Shown here piece after piece: positions 39,181 to 49,560 of a DNA stretch of 64,000 bases. The translations under genes and the position numbers were made by a program. The notes under the pieces are model-generated. The model worked only from the letters and a program-made list of their open reading frames with translations. It was not told the origin of the DNA and did no database searches. Origin of the DNA: Paraspadella gotoi (taxonomy: Eukaryota; Animalia; Chaetognatha); assembly GCA_051294375.1 (NCBI GenBank), contig CM119265.1:28681359-28745358 (forward strand), written 5' to 3'. Within the stretch, counting starts at the first letter, position 1. Every line of letters starts with the position of its first letter.

Positions 39181-41213
39181 CTCGTGGAGATGTTGCTTGG
39201 TCAGGTGCTGCTTCCTCGTCACTTTGTTGCAACTGGCCAAGTGCGCACCCGCTGCCCTTCGAGGCAGATGGTCAAACACACACGCTGCGTCTGGGAGATT
39301 GCCGGCGCCAGGTGCTGCTTGATGGTGGCGGTCGCGTGTTCTCTGTAGCTTGTTGTCTTTCGTTGAAGACTTTCAATCACGTCCGATGAAGGATCTTAAG
39401 TTTTTTTTCGGGGGGGGGGCGAGGGGGGGGTGAGGGGGTTAGGGGGGTGAGGGGGGGTGTTAAAGGGGGTGAGGGGGGGGGAGGCGAGAGCGGAGTGAGT
39501 TTAAGGATTGTGGATAAAGCGCTAAGTCGACTCAAGACTGAAGACTGAAAGACTGAAGACATCAAGACTCAAGAACAAGACTCAAGACTCAAGACTCAAG
39601 ACTCAAGAGCTCAAAGACTCAAGACTCATGCTGGAAAGACTGAGAACCTGAAGAGTGCTCTCCGAAATTCTTTAACTCCTCTAGCATTCCATGAACGGAT
39701 CCTGGACTTGAAACCACGCGCTTGAGGGTTTCCACGCCCCCAAGGGGTTTACACTGCGGACATCACCTTCCGCGCGCGTAGGTTAGGAACCACTCGGGAT
39801 CGATCCAGGTACTTGATGTCAAAATTGAACATATTGCATATTGCTATTTTGGATCACCTGGAAGGGTCAAATGCTGGGTCCTCATGATCTGTACTCGCAG
39901 AGTCGTCGTCGCGGTTTTTTGAATCTCGATATCCATTCGCTTTAAGTTTTCTCTGATTCGATCGCCATCCGCTTCACCTGATGTGTGGTTGATGGAGTTG
40001 TTGTTGTTGTTGATGTAGTGGTTGTCGTTTGTTGCTATCGTTGTTGTGATTGTTAAATCCTGCACAATTGATATAATGATAGAAGAAACTACTATGACAT
40101 GTCAGATAGCCCGAAATGTACATTGACATTCGCTAATCGACAATCACAATCCCTAAGACGGAAGAAGTTTAATACATTGTGATAAAGTGAATTCAAGTGA
40201 CAAAGTTCACAGTATCCAGCAATCTCACGCGATGCAAACTAAAAACACAAGCTTTCCAACGGACTCGGTGAACACATGGGGGCGTGACAAACTACGTGAC
40301 AGCCACGACGCAGATAACTACGTGACACACACGGTGACAAACTACGCGATCACGCCACATATCACCTGGCGCAACATTTCTCGACGGTTGCACTCTCGAT
40401 CCGTGATGGGATGTTTGTGTTTGAGAAACGAAGATCCTCCTACGATTTTCTTCACATTGTTCAATCTCGATTCCTTAGGGGGGGGTCAGGGTTGGTTTGA
40501 GATAGAGTGGTGGGGTGGTTCGGGATAGAGGGGTGAATAGGGTTTGGGAATAAGAGGGGTGCGGGCTGGATTAGGATCGAAAGTGGTGAGGGTGGTTTGG
40601 ATAGAGGGGTGATAGATGGTTTGGTAAATAGAGGGGTGAGGTGGATTTAGGATAAGTGGTGAGGGTGTTTGGGATAAGTGGATTGAATTGGTTTAGGATA
40701 GAGGGGTGGAGAGTGTTTTGGGATAGAGGGGTTGAATGTGGTTTGATGGTGGTAGGAAAGGTTGATGAAACTTGCAAGTAAGAGGTGGGGAAGTGTTAAG
40801 GATGTTATAATTGTTATGGAAATTGTAAAACTAATTAAAACTCCATTAACCTCCAAATTAACACAGTCGTTGCTTAATAAACACCTCAATTTCCCTAAAA
40901 ATCCACCCGTTCGCTTCGTTAACCACTAATTGCCCTCATAGTAACATCATTGCCGCTTAAAAAAAAAAAGCTACATATTAGTGATGCTGACAAAAAAAAC
41001 CATTTCGATTGACCTCACGACCACCTAACCATCACCCACCATCCAAACCACCCTCGATTCCAACAACCCGAACACCCCATAACTATATCTTCCACGTCCT
41101 CCCAGACTCCTCATGGATCGCCTTTCCCGTTTCCTCCATTTCCTTCTCGCCCAATCGGAGCGTCTTCTGCTTGGAGCGCAACTTCCAAGAGTTCTGTCCT
41201 TCGTCGACTGCAT
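39181..41213 (-). other. Mirror copy of syntaxin exons 1-4 in the left palindrome arm (41213-~41083, 40473-40366, 39977-39858, 39394-39181)
   Basis: Minus-strand ORF pieces MQSTKDR..., ...RIRENLKRMDIEIQ...IMRTQHLTL are the reverse complement of 43567-45571, with independent frameshifts. Confidence 0.85.
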
Positions 41214-43566
41214 CTCGTGCGAACGAAGAGGAGGAAGTTGCGAAAACCGAGATTCGATCAGAGAGAAAGGGGAAGAGAAGACGAGGAGGAGGGGAACATC
41301 TTGTGGTTTCGGCGCAAAGTTTTGTTTTTTTGTTTTTGTTTTGTTGTTTTTATTTTGGAAAATTGAGAAGACGTATGCGAATTTTGGGTTTTTGTATTTC
41401 ATCCCTGTTATTGTCTCTGTCCTGTCTCGCTCTTCGTTCAGTTTTTTTTTTTTTTTTTTTTTTTTGACTCCTCTCCTCTATTATCTCCTCTCTAAGTCTA
41501 CAGCATTCGTTTTTTCTTGCTTGGCTTTCCGTCTCTCTCCTCTCTATCTCTCTCTCTACCCTCGCTTTTCTCAGTCCGTCTCTGTCTCTCGCTCTTTTGT
41601 TTCTATTTCTTACTCTCTTTCTTCCTGATCTCGCTTCTCGCTCTTTCGGTTTTCGACCAAAAAAACGACAATTCAAATTTTTTTTTTCAAAGGGAGAAAA
41701 AATGTGTATTTTTTTTCGCGGTGAAGATTTTTTTTAAAAGATTTTTTTTAATCGTAAAGAAAAATAAATTAAGTTCGATTGGGACGAAAAAACTAGTTTT
41801 GGTCTAGTTTAACTAGTTTATTGTAATTATTTCATTTGTATTATTGGTGGACTTTTTAACTTGACTTTAGTTTTCTAATTTCTTGACTCTTTTTAGATTA
41901 CTGGTCTTACTCTTTAGCTTCATTCTTAACGGAATTGGTTTTTTATTTTGCTTAACTTTCTTTCTTCTTTCTTTCTTTTTATCTTTCTGTTCTTTCTTTC
42001 TTTTCCCAAAATTTTTTTACCTAACATCCGCGATAGAACCATGACTTGTTAGTTATATTTAATATAACACCGCAATATGAAGACAAGGACGAAAAAGCGC
42101 TTGAATATTTTGAGAGAAAATCCTGAAACTACCGCAAAGAGAGACCTGAAAGAACCTGAGAGAACCTGAGAGACCTGAAACTCAGCAAAGAAAGATAATG
42201 AATTGTTTATTTCAGGGGATTAATTCAGTTTGCTCCTCCTCCTCTTCCTCCTCCTCCTCTTCCTCCACTTTTTCCAAATTAAAAAATTCGCTTTCTCTTT
42301 TTTTAAATTTTTTCCCCGTTTTTTTATGTATTTTTGTGGTTAAAATGTTTTTGATAGCCGAGTCTATCTCACTCTCTCTTCTTCTCTCGCTTCTCTCTCT
42401 CTCACTCATTCGACAATCGAGGGCAAGCGCAAAATCCGTTTTAAATCCCGCGCAACTCTCTCTTTCTCGCTCTCTCTCTCTCTTGTTTTGGTTGTTTGAT
42501 TTGCGCGGATTTAAAACGGATTTTGCCTGCCCTCGATTGTCGAATGAGTGAGAGAGAGAGAAAGCGAGAGAAAGAGAGAGAGTGAGAGAGAGTGAGAGAG
42601 ACTCGCTTATCAAAACATTTTAACCACAAAAATACATAAAAAAACGGGAAAAAATTTAAAAAAAGAAGCGAATTTTTTTTAATTTGGAAAAAGGAGGGGG
42701 AAGAGGAGGAGGAGGAAGAGGAGGAGGAGCAACTGTAATTAATCCCCTGAAATAAAACAATCATTGTCTTCTTTGCGGAGTTTTCAGGTTCTCTCAGGTT
42801 CTCTCAGGTTCTCTCAGATTCTTTCAGGTTCTCTCTTTGCGGAGTTTTCAGACAAAATAAAACCAATTCCGTAAGAATGAAGTAAAGATTAAGACAGTAG
42901 ATCTAAAAAAGAAATCAATAAAGTAAAAAAGCTAAAGTCAAGTTAAAAGTCCAACAAAAATACAAATGAAATAATACAATAAACTAGTTAAACTAGACTA
43001 AACTAGTTTTTTCGTCCCAATCGAACTTAATTTATTTCTTTTCGATTAAAAAAATCTTTAAAAAAAATCTTCACCGCGAAAAAAATACAACATTTTTTCT
43101 CCTTTGAAAAAAAAAATTTGAATTTCGTTTTTTGGGTCGAAAACCGAAGAGCGAGAGCGAGACAGGAGAGAAAGAGAGTAAGAAAGAGAAACAAAAGAGC
43201 GAGAGACAGAGACGGACTGAGAAAGAGCGAGGGTGAGAGAGAGAGATAGAGAGAGAGAGACGGAAAGCCAAGCAAGAAAAAACGGAATGCTGTAGAGAGG
43301 GAGATAAAAGAGGGAGAGGGAGTCAAAAATAAAAAAAAAACTGAACGGAAGAGAGAGACAGAGACAGAGACAATAAACAGGGATGAAGAATCAAAACCAA
43401 AAAATTCGCATACGTCTTCTCAATTTTCCAAAATAAAAAACAAAACAAAACAAAAAAAAACAAAACTTTGCGCCGAAACAACGAGATGTTCCCCTCCTCG
43501 TCTTCTCTTCCCCTTTCTCTCTGATCGCATCTCCGTTCGCAACTTCCTCCTCTTCGTTCGCACGAG

Positions 43567-43702
43567 ATGCAGTCGACGAAGGACAGACTCTTGGAGTTGC
43601 GCTCCAAGCAGAGAGACGCTCCGTTGGGCGATGAAGGAAATGGAGGGAAACCGGGAAAGGCGGATCCCATGATGGAGTTCTGGGAGGACGTGGAAGATAT
43701 AG
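43567..43702 (+). CDS. Stx1-like: Syntaxin-1-like exon 1: N-peptide and start of Habc
   Basis: MQSTKDRLLELRSKQ...MMEFWEDVEDI aligns to STX1A MKDRTQELR...MDEFFEQVEEI. GT at 43703. Confidence 0.85.
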
Positions 43703-44291
43703 GTTTTATGGGGTGGTTCGGGGGGGTTGGTTGGAATCGAGGGTGGTTTGGATGGGTGGGTGGATGGTTAGGGTGGTTCGTGAGGTCAATCGAAATGTGT
43801 TTTTTTTGTCAGCATCACTAATATGTAGCTTTTTTTTTTAAGGGCAATTGAGTGGTTTTACTATGAGGGCAATTAGGTGGTTAACGAAGCGAACGGGTGG
43901 ATTTTTAGGGAAATGAGGTGGTTTATTAGAGCAACGACGTGGTTAATTTGGAGGTTAGATGGTTTTTTAAGGGCAGGGGAGTTAATTTATGTTAATTAGG
44001 TGGTTAATTAGGGCGATTGGGTCGGTTATTAAGAGTATTACGTGGTTAATTGGAGAAGAAAGGAGTTTTTCAATTTTAAAACTTTATAATAACCATCTAT
44101 AACACTTTTTTACCACCTTCTTTCTTTACATATTCACCAACCTTTCCTACCACTCTATCCCAACCACCCTCACCAGCTCTATCCTATCCACCTTCACCCC
44201 TCTATCCCAAACTCAGCCTCACCCCTCTATCCACAACCACTACCTATCCACCTACCTCTATCCTCAATACCACCCGTGACTCCACCCCAAG

Positions 44292-44398
44292 AATCGAGAA
44301 TTGAAACAAGTGAAGAAAATCGTGGAGGATCTTCGTCTCAACACAAACATCCCATCACGGATCGGAGATGGCAAACGTCAGAGAAATGGTTCGCCGAG
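44292..44398 (+). CDS. Stx1-like: Syntaxin-1-like exon 2 (Ha/Hb), indel-noisy
   Basis: Two-arm consensus ~NRLNNVKKIVEDLRLKH...EMVR(E/Q), cf. STX1A IDKIAENVEEVKRKH...ELMSD. AG at 44290-91, GT at 44399. Boundaries approximate. Confidence 0.6.
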
Positions 44399-44821
44399 GT
44401 GTGTGCGTGTTCAGCGTGTTTGCTCCGTGTGTGTCACATAGTTTTACGTGCGTTGTCACGTAGTTGTTCGGTGTCTAGTAGTCAGCGTGCTGTCACGTTT
44501 GTTCACGTCCATGTGTTCACCAGTCCGTTGGACAAGCTCTGTGTCTTTTTAGTTGCATCGCGTGAGATTGCTGAGGATTACTGTGAACTTCGTCACTGAA
44601 TTCCCTTTATCACAATGTAATTTAAACGTCTTCGTCTGGGATGTATGTAAGTTGCGTCGTACGAATGTCAATTACATTTTTTCGCGGCAATCAGTCACTG
44701 TCATGTAGTTTCTCCTATCGAAATATAAGTTGTGCTGATGTAACAAGCACACAACGATCAGCAACAAACCGACAACCACTACATCAACGGACAACACACA
44801 ACTCCATCAACACTACATCAG

Positions 44822-44945
44822 TGTGAAACGAATGGCGTCGAATCATAGGAAACTTAAGCGAATGGATATCGAAGATCAAAGGAAACCGCGACGACGACTC
44901 TGCCGAGTACAGAATCATGATGGACCCCAGCATTGACCTGTCCAG
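44822..44945 (+). CDS. Stx1-like: Syntaxin-1-like exon 3 (Hb/Hc), indel-noisy
   Basis: Consensus VKRMA.RIRENLKRMDIEIQ..DDDSAEYRIMRTQHLTLS, cf. IKKTANKVRSKLKSIEQSI...SADLRIRKTQHSTLS. Boundaries CAG| and CAG|GTGAT. Confidence 0.72.
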
Positions 44946-45009
44946 GTGATCCAAAATGAGCATATGCGAATATGTTCAATTTGTTGACCCACGACGACGA
45001 GCACACGTG

Positions 45010-45265
45010 TGACGGTCGGCAGTAACGCTCTTGGGGGCTGGAAAACCCTCAAGTTTGTTTCAAGTGCCAGGACCCGTTCCATGTATGCTAGAGAGTTTAA
45101 AGAAGTTTGCGGAGAGCACTCTTCAGCTTCAGTCTTCAGTCCTGAGTCTTCAGTCAAGGTCTTGAAGTTCTTGAAGTCTTGAGTCTGGTCTTAGTCTTAG
45201 TCTTAGTCTTAGTCTTCAGTCTTCAGTCTTGCAGTCTTTGAGTCGACTTAGCGCTTTATCCACAA
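45010..45265 (+). mobile_element. Degenerate SINE body with internal (GTCTT(A/C))n tract in syntaxin intron 3
   Basis: acccgttccatgt...aagaagtt and acttagcgctttatccaca match the reverse complement of 4446-4560. Confidence 0.6.
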
Positions 45266-45370
45266 TCCTTAAAACTCACGCTTCCCTCTCGCTCCTCCCT
45301 CACCCCCCTACCCCCCCTCACCCCCTAACCCCCCCTACCCCCCCTCGCCCCCCCCCCGAAAAAACTTAAG

Positions 45371-45571
45371 ATCCTCATCGACTTGATGAAAGTCTTCAAC
45401 GAAAGACAACAAGCTTACAGAGAACACGCGACCGCCACCATCAAGCAGCACCTGGGCGCCGGCATCTCCCAGACGCAGCTTGACCATCTGCTCGAAGGGC
45501 AGGCGGGTGCGCACTTGCAGTTGCAACAAGTGACGAGGAAGCAGCACCTGACCAAGCAACATCTCCACGAG
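45371..45571 (+). CDS. Stx1-like: Syntaxin-1-like exon 4 (Hc and linker)
   Basis: MKVFNERQQAYREHATATIKQHL...QLDHLLEG...TKQHLHE, cf. [23 protein letters not shown]...ELEDMLESG...SKQALSE. Phase-0 donor at 45572 joins in frame to exon 5. Confidence 0.85.
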
Positions 45572-46113
45572 GTTGGATCATTAAAAAGAAAATTAACTGA
45601 CGAGACAAGGATGAAACTTTGGAGGACATGATTGTGTCACAAAGCATTTCTAAGTATTTGATATAAGCTTGCTTGGAATTAGATGCGACGCTTTGCAAAT
45701 ACTCAAAAAAAAGCTGTATTCAACGACTATGATTATTACTTATGATTTATTTAATTAATTTTCTTACTTCTTGTATGGCTTTGGGTAATAGTGCAAAGGA
45801 TTAAAGATTCTTTGATAAATTTTAGGATGAAAACATTATTTAGTTGATTTTTTTTTCAAAAAAGGTATAATATTTCTTTAAAATGTCTACCTCACTTTTT
45901 ATTGTTATTACTAATGCTATATGCAAATTAGATTGTCGTTCAAAAGAAATAAAAAGTAAGTCTAATTTTTGAAAACCATCAAAACATCAACTTTTATTTT
46001 TTTTCTTAGTTTCTTTTTCTGTCTTTCTGTTTTTCTATCTTTTTTCCAGACAAGCTCCTCTTGCATTCTCGCCGAATGGAACTTTTCCAAAGTCCTATGT
46101 TTTTCTGCCGAAG

Positions 46114-46149
<36 letters not shown>

Positions 46150-47325
46150 NNNNNNNNNNNNNNNNNNNNNNNNNNNNNNNNNNNNNNNNNNNNNNNNNNN
46201 NNNNNNNNNNNNNNNNNNNNNNNNNNNNNNNNNNNNNNNNNNNNNNNNNNNNNNNNNNNNNNNNNNNNNNNNNNNNNNNNNNNNNNNNNNNNNNNNNNNN
46301 NNNGAGAGAGAAACAGAGAGAGAGAGACATATACATTGTAAAATTAAGAAGGTCCTCTCTCTTTGTCAATTGGTGTTTTGTGGTCGGATTCAAATTAGTC
46401 AGAATCAGATCGTATTAATATTGCACTGATGATTTTATTGGTTAATGTATATTTTAAAAATAACGAAAAATGCATAAAGTACAAAAACAACAAAAAAGTA
46501 AAATTAACGATTTTGTTTTTAAATTTCGTTGGAAGAGAAATGAGACTTTGTGATTCCATTCGATCTTGAAATGGAATTTCAAGTTGAGACGGGATCTTAA
46601 TCTCAAGGATTCTCTCTCTCTCTNNNNNNNNNNNNNNNNNNNNNNNNNNNNNNNNNNNNNNNNNNNNNNNNNNNNNNNNNNNNNNNNNNNNNNNNNNNNN
46701 NNNNNNNNNNNNNNNNNNNNNNNNNNNNNNNNNNNNNNNNNNNNNNNNNNNNNNNNNNNNNNNNNNNNNNNNNNNNNNNNNNNNNNNNNNNNNNNNNNNN
46801 NNNNNNNNNNNNNNNNNNNNNNNNNNNNNNNNNNNNNNNNNNNNNNNNNNNNNNNNNNNNNNNNNNNNNNNNNNNNNNNNNNNNNNNNNNNNNTTTTTGC
46901 TATTAATATTCTCCTGATATGTTAATCTTTTGTTTTAAATTCTATTTCGACTTTCTTAAACATTTTTATTCTCTCATNNNNNNNNNNNNNNNNNNNNNNN
47001 NNNNNNNNNNNNNNNNNNNNNNNNNNNNNNNNNNNNNNNNNNNNNNNNNNNNNNNNNNNNNNNNNNNNNNNNNNNNNNNNNNNNNNNNNNNNNNNNNNNN
47101 NNNNNNNNNNNNNNNNNNNNNNNNNNNNNNNNNNNNNNNNNNNNNNNNNNCGTGACTTTTCAAAAGAACCTGACCAGACCTTCAACTGTGACCTTGACTC
47201 TCACCCGTTAAAAAAATCTTTCTACTGCACGAAAAACAAAGACACACGTTTTCCTCACACACGAACACACAATTTACATTCTCCATTCAAATTGGTTCGC
47301 CTCCTCTTCCTCCTCCTCCTCCAAG

Positions 47326-47478
47326 GTGGAGGCTCGACATCGCGACATCAAGCGGCTGGAGAACAACATCAGAGAACTCCACGACATGTGGATGGACATG
47401 GCGATGATCGTGGAGAGGTCTGGAGACATGGTGGACAGGATAGAGTTCATGGTCGGACAGGCCAAGGACTATACGCAG
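47326..47478 (+). CDS. Stx1-like: Syntaxin-1-like exon 5: Qa SNARE motif
   Basis: [51 protein letters not shown] aligns ungapped to STX1A [51 protein letters not shown]. 153 nt, AG/GT bounded, phase 0/0. Confidence 0.95.
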
Positions 47479-47479
47479 G

Positions 47480-47561
<82 letters not shown>

Positions 47562-49410
47562 GAAAAGAATATCAAATGTCAAAAATTGTCCTGCTGTTTC
47601 TATTATTTTTTTTGTTAATTAAAAGTCATGTTGTTGTTGTTGTTTTTTTGTTGTTGTTATGATCCGGCCTCACAGTCTGTTCACCACGTGATTTCATTCT
47701 TCAGTTTCACGGATTCTTCGTTTCTTTGTTTGTTTACACGACGTCGATTTGTTTACACATTTTGTGAACAGAAGCCCTGAACCCTATGAAAACCATAATC
47801 GTTTTGAGGCCGTGAGGTTTTTTTTGTCGTGAAAATCGTGGCGTGATTCGTGAGCAAATTGGATGCGTGTGATTCGTTGGTTTTATTGCANNNNNNNNNN
47901 AAATTGATTAATGAGCTGACGATGACGATTTTCATTGATTGACCTTTTGTTCAAAAAAGAAGAAGAAAAAAAAAACAAAAGATTTGATTTCTTTCTTGTT
48001 GTCACTTGATCTTTGACCAAATTTGGCCACTGAGATTTGGCTAATTTGGGTCGTTGAGCCATTGCCAAATTAGGCTTTTGATTTTTGACCAAATTGTTGT
48101 ATTGAGATTAGCTGAATTTTGGCGATTCAACTTTAGCCAAATTGGGCTTTTGATGNNNNNNNNNNNNNNNNNNNNNNNNNNNNNNNNNNNNNNNNNNNNN
48201 NNNNNNNNNNNNNNNNNNNNNNNNNNNNNNNNNNNNNNNNNNNNNNNNNNNNNNNNNNNNNNNNNNNNNNNNNNNNNNNNNNNNNNNNNNNNNNNNNNNN
48301 NNNNNNNNNNNNNNNNNNNNNNNNNNNNNNNNNNNNNNNNNNNNNNNNNNNNNNNNNNNNNNNNNNNNNNNNNNNNNNNNNNNNNNNNNNNNNNNNNNNN
48401 NNNNNNNNNNNNNNNNNNNNNNNNNNNNNNNNNNNNNNNNNNNNNNNNNNNNNNNNNNNNNNNNNNNNNNNNNNNNNNNNNNNNNNNNNNNNNNNNNNNN
48501 NNNNNNNNNNNNNNNNNNNNNNNNNNNNNNNNNNNNNNNNNNNNNNNNNNNNNNNNNNNNNNNNNNNNNNNNNNNNNNNNNNNNNNNNNNNNNNNNNNNN
48601 NNNNNNNNNNNNNNNNNNNNNNNNNNNNNNNNNNNNNNNNNNNNNNNNNNNNNNNNNNNNNNNNNNNNNNNNNNNNNNNNNNNNNNNNNNNNNNNNNNNN
48701 NNNNNNNNNNNNNNNNNNNNNNNNNNNNNNNNNNNNNNNNNNNNNNNNNNNNNNNNNNNNNNNNNNNNNNNNNNNNNNNNNNNNNNNNNNNNNNNNNNNN
48801 NNNNNNNNNNNNNNNNNNNNNNNNNNNNNNNNNNNNNNNNNNNNNNNNNNNNNNNNNNNNNNNNNNNNNNNNNNNNNNNNNNNNNNNNNNNNNNNNNNNN
48901 NNNNNNNNNNNNNNNNNNNNNNNNNNNNNNNNNNNNNNNNNNNNNNNNNNNNNNNNNNNNNNNNNNNNNNNNNNNNNNNNNNNNNNNNNNNNNNNNNNNN
49001 NNNNNNNNNNNNNNNNNNNNNNNNNNNNNNNNNNNNNNNNNNNNNNNNNNNNNNNNNNNNNNNNNNNNNNNNNNNNNNNNNNNNNNNNNCATCACCGCCC
49101 CTTACCCTAAACAGACTTAAAAAGTTGATAGAAAGAAATATAACTCGTTTTTAAATTTTTTTTATTAAGTTAGTTAAAAATTAGAAAAACCAATATTTTA
49201 AGCTCAAAATTATTTTTTTTATTTTAAATTTATTTTCTATTTTCTCATATTAACTTTTGGCGAGGAATTCAAATCTACCAAAAAAATTAAGATATGCCTA
49301 TTTTGAAATTTTAGGATATTGTATTATATAAACAAAAAAAGAAAACAAACATAAAAACATTAATTAAATGTTGTTCAAAATTGAGTTTGACGAATCTGTG
49401 CTCTACACAG

Positions 49411-49560
49411 GGTGGCGCCGCGAACACAAAGAAGGCGCTCGAGAATTACAAACAAGCGAAGAAGAAAAAAAGGATCTTGAAGGCGGTGCTGATCACTCTC
49501 GCCGTCGTCTTGGTTCTGGCGCTGGTCCTCGGACTCATGCACGCCTTTGGAATTTATTGA
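49411..49560 (+). CDS. Stx1-like: Syntaxin-1-like last exon: polybasic juxtamembrane linker, TM anchor, stop
   Basis: ACACAG|GGT; GGAANTKKALENYKQAKKKKRILKAVLITLAVVLVLALVLGLMHAFGIY* (150 nt), cf. [22 protein letters not shown]. Not in the ORF track in this frame. Confidence 0.93.
   Translation, partial: GGAANTKKALENYKQAKKKKRILKAVLITLAVVLVLALVLGLMHAFGIY

Larger units (their letters stand above)
38568..46149. repeat. ~7.6-kb palindrome (arms ~38568-42455 and 42501-46149) with a 45-nt loop; probable missed-adapter read artefact
   Basis: The arms are reverse complements differing mainly by 1-bp indels. Loop 42456-42500 resembles the 45-nt SMRTbell adapter. Confidence 0.92.

Noticed and set aside
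38568-46149. Real inverted gene duplication or hairpin-RNA locus for syntaxin
   Set aside because: The adapter-like 45-nt loop and indel-dominated differences between arms point to a fold-back read.
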